Below, piece by piece: positions 1 to 7,975 of a stretch of DNA of 55,694 nt; position 1 is the first letter of the stretch, and each line of letters starts with the position of its first letter. The position numbers were made by a program, and so were the translations under genes. The stretch spans positions 1 through 55,694 of the forward strand of contig CAWUNZ010000001.1 of NCBI GenBank assembly GCA_963923445.1, given 5' to 3'. The notes beneath the pieces were generated by a model. The model saw nothing but the letters and a program-made list of their open reading frames with translations. It was not told where the DNA came from and searched no databases. The stretch is from an uncultured bacterium. GTDB lineage: Bacteria > Planctomycetota > Planctomycetia > Gemmatales > Gemmataceae.

Positions 1-170
1 ACCTTGTTCTTGGTCAAATAGGCGATGGCGTTGTTGAGTTCAATCTTCTTGGGGCGGACGCGTGCCACCACAAAGGCCTGGTCGTCCAGGAATTTTTCCA
101 CGGCGAACTGCTGGGCCGGCACCATGGTGGCCAGTCCAAGCCAAGCCGCCAGAATCGTCGCGCAGCGCAT
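1..170 (-). CDS. secreted hypothetical protein, N-terminal part only (gene runs off the window start)
   Basis: Too short for the ORF track. The reverse complement from ATG 170..168 reads MRCATILAAWLGLATMVPAQQFAVEKFLDDQAFVVARVRPKKIELNNAIAYLTKNK and stays open to position 1. The N-terminus looks like a signal peptide. It starts 4 nt after the stop of the 175..1578 gene on the same strand. Confidence 0.5.
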   Translation of the reverse strand, partial: MRCATILAAWLGLATMVPAQQFAVEKFLDDQAFVVARVRPKKIELNNAIAYLTKNK

Positions 171-174
171 TGGC

Positions 175-1578
175 CTACTCCTTGCCTGAAACCGGGGGAC
201 GGATGGTCACTTCATATCGTATGGAATCGCTCGGGTGGGGTTTGCCCCCCTCGGGTGCCACCCCCTCCAGCGTGAACGACATCGGCCCTGTGCGCTTGTA
301 GTTGAAGGGTTTGAGGGTGTAGGGGTCCGTCGGAAGGGGAAGGCCGGTTTCCTCCAATGCCTCGGGTAGCGCGCCCTTCACCGCCACATGGTGCCTGAGG
401 GCCTCGATCACGCGCAGGGCGCCAATGGTTCGGTCCGCCCGGTGCTGAACCAGAACCACCCGCTCCATGCTGGGCAGCATCATTCTTAACAAGGTGGTGG
501 GTCCGAGAGGGTTGGCAGGGACGCGCCATTTTTCCTCCACTTGCCTCATGGTGGGAAGGGCCTGAGGCAAGGGCAGCATGGCGGCCTTGAACAGTTCATC
601 GCGAACCCGCTCGTATTCATCCAATTGACGGATGAGAACGACCTGGGCCACCGGCATTTTGGCCACCAGGTCCGGGGCAAGCTTAAGCTTTTCGCTCAGG
701 TAAGACTTAGCCTCGGGGTATCCCAAAAGGGCCAGGCCGGGCATGACGGTCGGGGCCTTGGGAGTTTCACCACTGGAAGCCATGCCCATCAACTTGTCGA
801 ACTTTCTGGCCAGTTCCTGCGCTTTCTCCTGGGTGATCGGCTTGTCCCTTTCCAAGCCGGGGAATTCAGCGCCTATGAAGAGGCGCTCCCCCTCCATGGC
901 ATTCATGAAAGGCATGAATCGCACGGGCGTGTAGGCCAATGGCCAGAAAAGATTGGCGCCACCCTGATGCGCCATGTATTCGTGCATGGTCTGGAAGCCG
1001 GTTTGGCAGACGGCGACACCGACAAGGTACTGAATAAGAGTCGGCCCCTCGCTGATATGCCGACCAAACACCAAAAGAGTCTGGATGTCGCGTAGGGCCT
1101 TCTCGGGCCGGTTGTTGGCCAGATGCCAGCGGGCCCTGACCCTCAGGAAACGAGCCAGCGTGCGGAACCCCTGGATATCGGGCATCAGGGTGACGATGCC
1201 GTCCTTGAGCCTTTCCTGCATCTGCCAGTCGCAGTAGCTTTTGCGGGCGCCTCGGGAAACCTCCGCGAGGGGGAAGAAGTTTTCGCCAAGGATAGGCGAC
1301 CCCGCCTTGGCCAACTCCTGAAGCGGCCCATCGAGCCATTTTTCAAGCTGCTTGTCGAAATCCTTGGTTGTGCGAGTGAACACCCACGATTCCGGGGCAA
1401 ATGCCGTCGCGTAATGGACAACGGCATTGCCAACGGTGATCTCCTCCAATGGGGGCAACACTCGGTGCCTGAGGGCGGGGGCCTCCATGGCCTTGGCGGG
1501 CAATTCCAGTTTCACCACCTGACCGGGTTGTGAAGGAGCAGACAGAAGCGCCACCGGCAGCAGAAAAGAAAACATCAT
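175..1578 (-). CDS. hypothetical secreted protein (467 aa), third gene of the ECF sigma operon
   Basis: Long ORF with a signal-like N-terminus (MMFSFLLPVALLSAPSQPG). Its ATG overlaps the upstream stop as ATGA at 1575-1578. I recognise no family motif. Confidence 0.75.
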   Translation of the reverse strand: MMFSFLLPVALLSAPSQPGQVVKLELPAKAMEAPALRHRVLPPLEEITVGNAVVHYATAFAPESWVFTRTTKDFDKQLEKWLDGPLQELAKAGSPILGENFFPLAEVSRGARKSYCDWQMQERLKDGIVTLMPDIQGFRTLARFLRVRARWHLANNRPEKALRDIQTLLVFGRHISEGPTLIQYLVGVAVCQTGFQTMHEYMAHQGGANLFWPLAYTPVRFMPFMNAMEGERLFIGAEFPGLERDKPITQEKAQELARKFDKLMGMASSGETPKAPTVMPGLALLGYPEAKSYLSEKLKLAPDLVAKMPVAQVVLIRQLDEYERVRDELFKAAMLPLPQALPTMRQVEEKWRVPANPLGPTTLLRMMLPSMERVVLVQHRADRTIGALRVIEALRHHVAVKGALPEALEETGLPLPTDPYTLKPFNYKRTGPMSFTLEGVAPEGGKPHPSDSIRYEVTIRPPVSGKE

Positions 1579-2003
1579 CGGGTCACCTCCTCAATCAAGG
1601 CCTCAATGGAAGCCGGCCTTTCGGCCAAGCCGGACATGATGGAAACCGGGACGGATTCCACACCGTCCGTCAGGATTCTCTTGCGCGTCGCCCAAGCCAG
1701 TCGCTCCTCTTGCGCAACGCCCTGCTGTTGAAAGGAATCGGTCGGAATTTCCGCCTCCGATTGAGGTTGAACGCTCGCCAAGCCAGCCCCGTCGGGAGCG
1801 GGAAAAACGAGTGGCTTCAGGTTGCCACACAGCAATCCCGCCGCCATTCCAGCCAGGAGCATGCCGCCGGAAACCCATCTTCCCCCTCGCCCCGCGGCGC
1901 GTCCCGCCTCAAACAACACGCGATCACGAAAGCCGGGAGAAACTCCGGCGAGGGGCAAACGCTTCAACGCCCCCTCAAGCGGATGTGGATCATCCGGTAT
2001 CAT
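1575..2003 (-). CDS. putative anti-sigma factor, single-pass membrane protein (142 aa)
   Basis: Only the C-terminal 142 codons of track ORF 1575..2528 are used, starting MIPDDPHPLEGALKRLP. There is one hydrophobic helix (WVSGGMLLAGMAAGLLCG). The ATG at 2003 overlaps the sigma-factor stop as ATGA (2000-2003). Position directly after an ECF sigma gene is typical of anti-sigma factors. Confidence 0.6.
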   Translation of the reverse strand: MIPDDPHPLEGALKRLPLAGVSPGFRDRVLFEAGRAAGRGGRWVSGGMLLAGMAAGLLCGNLKPLVFPAPDGAGLASVQPQSEAEIPTDSFQQQGVAQEERLAWATRKRILTDGVESVPVSIMSGLAERPASIEALIEEVTR

Positions 2004-2461
2004 TCCCAGCCCTCCAGTTTTTCCCGCGCCTGCTCCAGCGCGGCCTGATACCGCCTCCAGGCGGTCGCGGCGGAAAGGCCCACCAGGGCACCCGCCTCCT
2101 CGAACGAAAGGCCGCCGTGCACGCGGGCCAGCACCAGGTCCCGGTCGTCGGGATCCAGCGTCGCCAAGGCCTGCTCGAGGTCGAGGGCGGATGACGCGTC
2201 CGGACTTGCCTGCGATTCCCTTCGCGCCACCTTCTCCTCGCGCCTGGTCCGGCGGGCGCCCGCCCTTTGGCTGGCCAAGGCCAGCTTCCTGACGGTGCCA
2301 AACAACCAGGCGGCGCTGTTTTCCGGCTTCACCCGCGCCTGGATCAGGGCGACAAAAGCCTGTTGGACAATGTCCTCCGCGTCGGGGCAACGGCCCCGGG
2401 CCATGGCCACCAGGGCGGGAGCGAGTTGATCCAGAAGTAGGCCAAGCTGCTGCGCGTCCAT
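2000..2461 (-). CDS. ECF-type RNA polymerase sigma-70 family factor
   Basis: Region-2-like DAEDIVQQAFVAL...WLFGTVRKLA and a region-4 HTH LSFEEAGALVGLSAATAWRRYQAAL. The track start at 2467 is TTG, so I use the ATG at 2461 (MDAQQLG). Confidence 0.85.
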   Translation of the reverse strand: MDAQQLGLLLDQLAPALVAMARGRCPDAEDIVQQAFVALIQARVKPENSAAWLFGTVRKLALASQRAGARRTRREEKVARRESQASPDASSALDLEQALATLDPDDRDLVLARVHGGLSFEEAGALVGLSAATAWRRYQAALEQAREKLEGWE

Positions 2462-2507
2462 CTTCAACCGGATGTTGCCGCGGGCGGCCTTTCCATTTCA
2501 CGGGTCG

Positions 2508-2538
2508 AAAAACAAGCCGGCCCCTCACGGGGCCGGCT
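2508..2538 (-). terminator. rho-independent terminator downstream of the PQQ-propeller gene
   Basis: 10-bp GC stem AGCCGGCCCC / GGGGCCGGCT (2515-2524 / 2529-2538) with a 4-nt loop. On the minus strand it is followed by TGTTTTTCG (2514-2506). It lies 26 nt past the stop at 2564. Confidence 0.6.
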
Positions 2539-2563
2539 TCTTGGATTCATTTGCCCAGGTCGC

Positions 2564-3865
2564 CTACTTGGCCTTGAGGTCGAAGCAGTAGAGCAGGTCC
2601 TGGTCGCGGAGGTAGAGATTGCCGTTGGCGATCACCGGATGCGCCCACGCCTTGCCGCTCTTGCGGAGAAGCTTGGTGCGCTCGGGCAGCTTGAGGGAAC
2701 CGATCTGCTTGGGACCGCTGGGAGTGGCCTCCAGCACGACAAGGTCGCCCGAATTTTCGCCATAGCAGAACAGGGCGCCGTCGGCGTATGTCACCGCGCC
2801 CTTTTCAAAACCGCCACGCTTCCATTCCCACTTGAGGGTGCCGTCCTTGAGGTCCTGGCAGACCCAGCCCTTGGTGTCGCTGTGGCCATAGATGAATCCA
2901 TCCTTGAAAATCACCCCGCCGTGGTGGTTGACCACATCCTTGTTGGCGAAGACCTTCTCGGCCTTCTGGCCGTTGGCGTCCCCGCTGACCTTGATCAGGT
3001 CGCAACCGGCGCCGTATCCGGCGGTGGCGTAAACCATGTCGGGACCAGCGATGACAGCGGTTGGGATCACGGCGACCTTGTACTTGTCGCCGCAGTCGTA
3101 ACGCCACAGCAGCTTACCGGTCTCGACGGCCACTCCGGCAACTCCCTTGGAGGTCAGGTTCACATACTGGTCCACCCCGGCCAGCTTGGCCCGGACAATG
3201 CTCGAGTAGGCGGCGTCGTCCTTCAGTTCCGCCGATTGCCACTTGGTGGCTCCGGTTTTGCGGTCGAGGCAGACGATGGTGCCCTTGGATCCGCCCGGGG
3301 TGCAGACAATGGTGTCGCCGTCCACCAGGGGAGACTCGCTGAATCCCCAGCCGGACATCAGCTTCCCACCGAAATCCTTGGTGTAGTTCTTGGTCCAGAC
3401 CAGCTTGCCGTCAGCCGCCTTCAGGCAATACACATCGCCGCGGATGCCCAGGAAATACACATGGCCGTCCTCGGTGACGGTGGGGTTGGCGCGCGGACCG
3501 CCTCCCCAGTTCTTGTCGGACCCGTTGTCCTCGTATTCGCCACCGATGGTCACCCGCCAGAGTTCCTTGCCGGATTTCTCATCCAGGCACATGGCTTCAT
3601 CCTGATGCTTGTCGGTGTCCTTGTCCTTGGCGGTGCCGCCCACCAGGTAGACCTTCCCGGCGGCAACCGATGGGCCGGAGTAACCGATTCCCGCCTTGGT
3701 GAACTTCCAAGCCAGGGGCGGGGCCTTGGTTCCGAATGCCTTGTTCAGGCCGGTTTCGGCGGACTTGTCATCGCGCGTCGGGCCGCGCCACTGGGGCCAA
3801 TCCGCGGCGGTGGCCAAGCTGGCGACCAGCGAGGCGATGGACAGGGTGGCGATCATTGTGCGCAT
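2564..3865 (-). CDS. PQQ-like beta-propeller repeat protein (BamB-like fold), secreted
   Basis: Signal peptide MRTMIATLSIASLVASLATA followed by ADWPQWRGP, the usual N-terminal signature of this family, then repeated G..Y/VY..G propeller blades. Start moved from GTG 3892 to ATG 3865, which is preceded by GAGGA at 5-nt spacing. Confidence 0.85.
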   Translation of the reverse strand: MRTMIATLSIASLVASLATAADWPQWRGPTRDDKSAETGLNKAFGTKAPPLAWKFTKAGIGYSGPSVAAGKVYLVGGTAKDKDTDKHQDEAMCLDEKSGKELWRVTIGGEYEDNGSDKNWGGGPRANPTVTEDGHVYFLGIRGDVYCLKAADGKLVWTKNYTKDFGGKLMSGWGFSESPLVDGDTIVCTPGGSKGTIVCLDRKTGATKWQSAELKDDAAYSSIVRAKLAGVDQYVNLTSKGVAGVAVETGKLLWRYDCGDKYKVAVIPTAVIAGPDMVYATAGYGAGCDLIKVSGDANGQKAEKVFANKDVVNHHGGVIFKDGFIYGHSDTKGWVCQDLKDGTLKWEWKRGGFEKGAVTYADGALFCYGENSGDLVVLEATPSGPKQIGSLKLPERTKLLRKSGKAWAHPVIANGNLYLRDQDLLYCFDLKAK

Positions 3866-3899
3866 GGTTTTCCTCGCAGGGTGAAGATTCACCGTGGTT

Positions 3900-5066
3900 T
3901 TACCCCATCGAGGCGCCTTTGGCTATCCGCCGGCACACAATCGCAAGATCGCGGGCGTCGTGCCTTGTGAGGGCCACGACCAGCGGTTCGTCCCCCCGGG
4001 TCTTCAGCTTGCCACGCAGGGCCTCGGAATCTGCGGTCGAATTGCGTTTCCTGAATTCAATGGGGCCGGCGTTCAGGGCCTTGAGTTCGGCCTTGAGCCG
4101 CTCGGGTCTCAATGGAAAAGCCGCCACGATTTCCAGGCAAAACGCCAGCGGTGTCTCCACCGGCCGATCCACGGTGAGGAACCCCCCGCCCTCGGGCAGA
4201 ACAGCTCCACCCAACTCCAGGGCAAGCCGGGAGGCAAGGCCTGAACAGGTGACTGCGGGGTCAGGATCGAGCAGAAAACCCTCCGGTTCCCCGGAAGGCG
4301 CGGTTTCCCGCCCCGTGCCTTCCAGCCACGCCCCGGAAGGCAGCACGGTCGCCCTCCTCTGGTTCCTGGCCAATTCACCCCGCCAAAGCACCTGTTCCTT
4401 GAGTTCCCCACCCAGGGAAATCCACTCCAGCGACCTCCCGCTTCCTTCCCACGGCAACACATCGGCCGCGGGTGCCAGCTTGACCCCGAGGTTCACCGGG
4501 GTGGTTGCCAATACCTCGTTCAGCGATGGCGATCCGTCATTGGGCCCGAGCAGACGCCTGCCATCCGCCCTGCGATCAGGATCAGCGAAAGCCGCTTCCG
4601 CAATCTCGGGATGAACCACGCGCCCGTCTCCGCGAACCGTCAAGACGGTCCGCCCGGCGGTGTTGTGCCTGTGAAGGATGGCGCGGGCGGGATCCCGCTC
4701 AATGGCCAAAACCCGGCCATGCTCCGAAAGGGCCAACGAGTCTCCGCCGAGTCCGGCGCCCCAATCCAACATGGTTTCAAACGGCGCGAACCGCGCCGCG
4801 CGGTAGCGCGCCACCTCGAGGCTGGTCGCCTGCTCCAGTCCTTCCCGGAGAAACAGCATGCTCCCGGGAGAAGGAAACCGGCCGACGGCCTTGCGGCGCG
4901 CCAGGGCGTTTTCCCACGCCGCGGCGGCATGGATTGCATCGAGGTTTTTCCTGAGCGTTCCAAGGGCGGCATGGACGGGACCGCCGCGGGCCAATTCGGC
5001 GTCCGCCACAAGGCAGGCATCCTGCCCCGCGCGTGAGGCAAGCCAACGGGCGATGGCGGAATCCAT
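3900..5066 (-). CDS. class I SAM-dependent methyltransferase family protein
   Basis: SAM motif I-like MLDWGAGLGGDSLAL followed by an acidic LAIERD. The track start at 5087 is TTG. The first ATG is 5066 (MDSAIARWL). Confidence 0.7.
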   Translation of the reverse strand: MDSAIARWLASRAGQDACLVADAELARGGPVHAALGTLRKNLDAIHAAAAWENALARRKAVGRFPSPGSMLFLREGLEQATSLEVARYRAARFAPFETMLDWGAGLGGDSLALSEHGRVLAIERDPARAILHRHNTAGRTVLTVRGDGRVVHPEIAEAAFADPDRRADGRRLLGPNDGSPSLNEVLATTPVNLGVKLAPAADVLPWEGSGRSLEWISLGGELKEQVLWRGELARNQRRATVLPSGAWLEGTGRETAPSGEPEGFLLDPDPAVTCSGLASRLALELGGAVLPEGGGFLTVDRPVETPLAFCLEIVAAFPLRPERLKAELKALNAGPIEFRKRNSTADSEALRGKLKTRGDEPLVVALTRHDARDLAIVCRRIAKGASMG

Positions 5067-5103
5067 GGTGGATCCGGGCGCCTTCAAGACCTGAGGCGCG
5101 GGC

Positions 5104-6033
5104 TTAGTCGAGGCTGCCGACCGGGTTACCGTCCCGCATGTTGGCCAGATATCCGAGGGTGGTTCCCGAGATGCTCGTGCGGATGCCGCGAACGCTGCCG
5201 TCGGCCAGCACGAACTGCACCATGTCGGTATGCCAACTGCCGAACTTGGAGTTGGCGTTGGAAGTGTCGGTCATGTTGCGGGCGAGCAGGCGGTTCGATC
5301 CCATGGCCCGGAACGAATATCCCTTGTCTCCATTATATGCAGGGCCGTCACCCGCCGCGACGGTGTTGATGCCCGACTGCAGGACATGCTTCTCGCCCAC
5401 CATGGCGGTGTTGCTTGTTCCATCCAGGATGTCCGCCATGCGGGCACCCGGGCGGTTGGGACCCGAGGGTGTGGTGGACCAGTCGTTGGCAAGCCGGAAG
5501 ATGCCGTTGCATCCCGGGGTGTTGGTGGCCGGATCGGTCCACCAGTAGTCGTTGCTGGCTCCGGTGGAGGGGTCGCCGGTGCAGGCGGCATAGTCGGCGG
5601 GCACGCCGTTGGCGGGAGTGGTGGTATTGTCCATCGTGTCCGTCACCACGGTGGCGGCGGCCGACCTGCGGGACGGGCAGTAATAGGTTTTCACCGGGGT
5701 TTCCCGGGCGGGCTGAGTCTGGTTGTTGAAGGCGCCCGAGGTCATGGCCCACTGCTTGAACAACCCGTCCTGCTCGATGTAGGGCAGGATTTCCACCATC
5801 CAGGTGTAGCGGGCGTCCAGCCTGCTGTTGGGGAAAGCTCCCTTTCCATCGTGGTGGGCATGCATGGCGATGCCGATCTGCTTCAGGTTGTTGGAGCACT
5901 GCATGCGGTTGGCCGCCTCGCGGACCTTTTGCACGGCAGGCACGAGAAGCCCGATCAACACGGCGATGATCGCGATGACCACCAGAAGCTCAATCAGGGT
6001 GAATCCTTTTCGGATTGGAGGGGAAGTGTTCAT
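5104..6033 (-). CDS. DUF1559 domain protein with prepilin-type N-terminal cleavage/methylation signal
   Basis: MNTSPPIRKGFTLIELLVVIAIIAVLIGLLVPAVQKVREAANRMQCSNNLKQIGIAMH is the canonical type IV pilin-like leader plus DUF1559 start. The 95 upstream codons of the track ORF are rejected. Confidence 0.9.
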   Translation of the reverse strand: MNTSPPIRKGFTLIELLVVIAIIAVLIGLLVPAVQKVREAANRMQCSNNLKQIGIAMHAHHDGKGAFPNSRLDARYTWMVEILPYIEQDGLFKQWAMTSGAFNNQTQPARETPVKTYYCPSRRSAAATVVTDTMDNTTTPANGVPADYAACTGDPSTGASNDYWWTDPATNTPGCNGIFRLANDWSTTPSGPNRPGARMADILDGTSNTAMVGEKHVLQSGINTVAAGDGPAYNGDKGYSFRAMGSNRLLARNMTDTSNANSKFGSWHTDMVQFVLADGSVRGIRTSISGTTLGYLANMRDGNPVGSLD

Positions 6034-6159
6034 GGCCACGACTCCCGGATGGGATGAAAGATGAAAATGAAACTTTGCTCTCCATTGCTGGAGTATTTGT
6101 AATATATCCTTGGATTTAATGATTGTCTCGAAATGTTGTTCCTGATCCGGGGCCTCCAA

Positions 6160-6597
6160 ATGCGCAAGGTCGCTTCCTTTTTCCTGTTCTCCCTGGCCAT
6201 TCTCGCGCCATCCGGTTGCGGCAAGGCCGGCTTTTACCCGGCCAAGGGCCAGTTCGTGGATGCCAGCGACGCGCCTGTCACCGTGCTGGAGGGTTTTGAG
6301 GTCACATTCGAGGGGCACGGTCCCGATGGCAAGTCCTACTCATCCACGGGAACCATCGACGCCCAAGGCCGGTTTGAACTGTTCACCGACCGGCCCGGAG
6401 ATGGCGCCCCCATGGGCGAGGGCAAGCTGCTCATTCAGCCCAAGATGAAAGATTCGGAACGGGAATTCCCCTACCCCTTGAATCCAAAGTACCGAACTTT
6501 CGAAAAATCCGGGCTGACCGCGAAAATCGAACCCAAGCCCAATGAATTGAAGTTCACCGTGGAACTAAAGGCCGGAAAACAAAGCCTCAAGCAATAA
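6160..6597 (+). CDS. small probable lipoprotein
   Basis: MRKVASFFLFSLAILAPSGCGKAG reads as a signal peptide with a Cys at a lipobox-like position. ATG at 6160 (track start is 6133). Divergent from the DUF1559 gene across an AT-rich 126-bp spacer. Confidence 0.65.
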   Translation: MRKVASFFLFSLAILAPSGCGKAGFYPAKGQFVDASDAPVTVLEGFEVTFEGHGPDGKSYSSTGTIDAQGRFELFTDRPGDGAPMGEGKLLIQPKMKDSEREFPYPLNPKYRTFEKSGLTAKIEPKPNELKFTVELKAGKQSLKQ

Positions 6598-7963
6598 TCC
6601 CGGTCACCACCTCCCCGGCGATATCGGTCAGCCTGTAGTCGCGCCCGGCGTGGCGGTAGGTCAACCTTTCGTGGTCGATCCCCAGCAGGTGAAGCATGGT
6701 GGCATGCAGGTCATGGGTGTGAACCTTCCCCTCCACCGCCTGGATGCCGTATTCGTCCGTCGCTCCGTGGATATGCCCGCGCTTCACCCCTCCCCCCGCC
6801 ATCCATGAAGTGAAACCCAGGTTGTGGTGTTCACGGCCGGGATGATCGGCGGTGGCGTTGAAGGGCGTGCGCCCGAACTCGGTCGTCCAGACAACGAGCG
6901 TGCGCTCGAGCATTCCCCGACGCCGGAGATCCGCGATCAACGCGGCCACCGGTTGGTCGATCGCCTTGGCCAACCTGATGTGGTCGGCCATGTTGCCGTG
7001 GCTGTCCCAGTTGCCGCTGGAACCGACATCGATCAACTCGATGAACCGAACCCCGCGCTCAAGCAACCTGCGCGCGGCCAGGCACTGCCATCCGAATCCG
7101 GAAGTCGCCTTGCGGTCCACGCCGTAAAGGGCCAGGGTTTCATCCGATTCCCGGGAGATGTCGAGCGCCTCGGGTGCCTCGCGCTGCATGCCGAAAGCCG
7201 TCTCGAACGAGCGGATACGGGCCTCCAGCGGGTCACCGCCGGCTCCGCGCGCCATTTGGGACCGGTTCATGCGCGCCAGAAAATCGAGTTCAAGGCGCTG
7301 CAATTCCTCCTTGGGGGTCTTCGGCTTGATATGGGGCAAGGGGTTGGGGCCGGGAATCACATGCGTGCCTTGGTGGCTTCCCGGAAGGAAGTCGCTGCCC
7401 CATGTCTGGGCCCCGGCATACGGGGCGGCGGGAGCCAGGACCATGAAGGCGGGCAGGTTTTCGTTGAGGGTGCCCAGTCCGTAGCTCACCCAGGCGCCGG
7501 CACTGGGGCGGGCGAACTGGGCAGAGCCGGTATGCGCCGCCAGCGTGGCCTTGTCGTGACCGTCGGAATCGCAATGCATCCCGCGCAGGACACACAACTC
7601 GTCGGCGACTTTCCCCAGGTGGGGAAAAAGCTCGCTCACAGGCATGCCGGAGCGCCCATGGTTGCTGAACGCGAAGCGGGACTTCACCAGGAATCGCTGA
7701 AATTGGCCCGGCTTGTTGAGCCACCGGCTGGCGGTGATGGACTTGCCATGGTCGGCGGTCAACTTCGGCTTGGGATCGAAGGTGTCGATATGAGAGACAC
7801 CACCAGTGGAATAAATAAAAACGACCTGGTCGGCGCGGGCTGGATGGTGGGTGCCACCCGAGGCGGCGCCCGCCCGGGCCAGCATGCCCGAAAGCGCCGT
7901 GACCCCGAAACCACCCGAGGCCCTGCCAAGCCATTCACGCCGGTTCATGGTCGTCGGTCGCAT
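6587..7963 (-). CDS. DUF1501 domain protein (sulfatase-fold), Tat-signal
   Basis: MNRREWLGRASGGFGVTAL is a twin-arginine-like leader, and the whole length reads as the DUF1501 family (…WDSHGN…, TEFGRTP). An alternative ATG at 7948 is equally possible. Confidence 0.9.
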   Translation of the reverse strand: MRPTTMNRREWLGRASGGFGVTALSGMLARAGAASGGTHHPARADQVVFIYSTGGVSHIDTFDPKPKLTADHGKSITASRWLNKPGQFQRFLVKSRFAFSNHGRSGMPVSELFPHLGKVADELCVLRGMHCDSDGHDKATLAAHTGSAQFARPSAGAWVSYGLGTLNENLPAFMVLAPAAPYAGAQTWGSDFLPGSHQGTHVIPGPNPLPHIKPKTPKEELQRLELDFLARMNRSQMARGAGGDPLEARIRSFETAFGMQREAPEALDISRESDETLALYGVDRKATSGFGWQCLAARRLLERGVRFIELIDVGSSGNWDSHGNMADHIRLAKAIDQPVAALIADLRRRGMLERTLVVWTTEFGRTPFNATADHPGREHHNLGFTSWMAGGGVKRGHIHGATDEYGIQAVEGKVHTHDLHATMLHLLGIDHERLTYRHAGRDYRLTDIAGEVVTGIIA

Positions 7964-7975
7964 GCCAAGGGCACC

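Noticed and set aside
2462-2507. An ECF-type autoregulated promoter (GAAC-N16-17-CGT) upstream of the sigma gene.
   Set aside because: Only loose matches (TGAAAT ... CCGG) are present, so I cannot distinguish them from chance without a group-specific promoter model.
1575-2528. The 317-aa track ORF taken as a single gene.
   Set aside because: Its N-terminal 175 codons are Arg/Gly/Pro-rich and overlap the ECF sigma gene in another frame. Only the last 142 codons, from the ATG within the ATGA overlap, look like a real protein.
2639-3970. Long antisense ORFs opposite recognised genes. Examples: 2639..3970(+), 6824..8173(+), 9095..10336(+), 12168..14216(+), 15275..16234(-), 23864..24916(-), 28070..28855(-), 31850..32920(-), 37411..39018(-), 50103..51356(+).
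   Set aside because: These are typical high-GC artefacts. Their translations are Arg/Gly/Pro/His-rich low-complexity strings without motifs, whereas the opposite strand encodes clearly recognisable families (PQQ propeller, DUF1501/1553, ABC, ClpB, peptidase and others).
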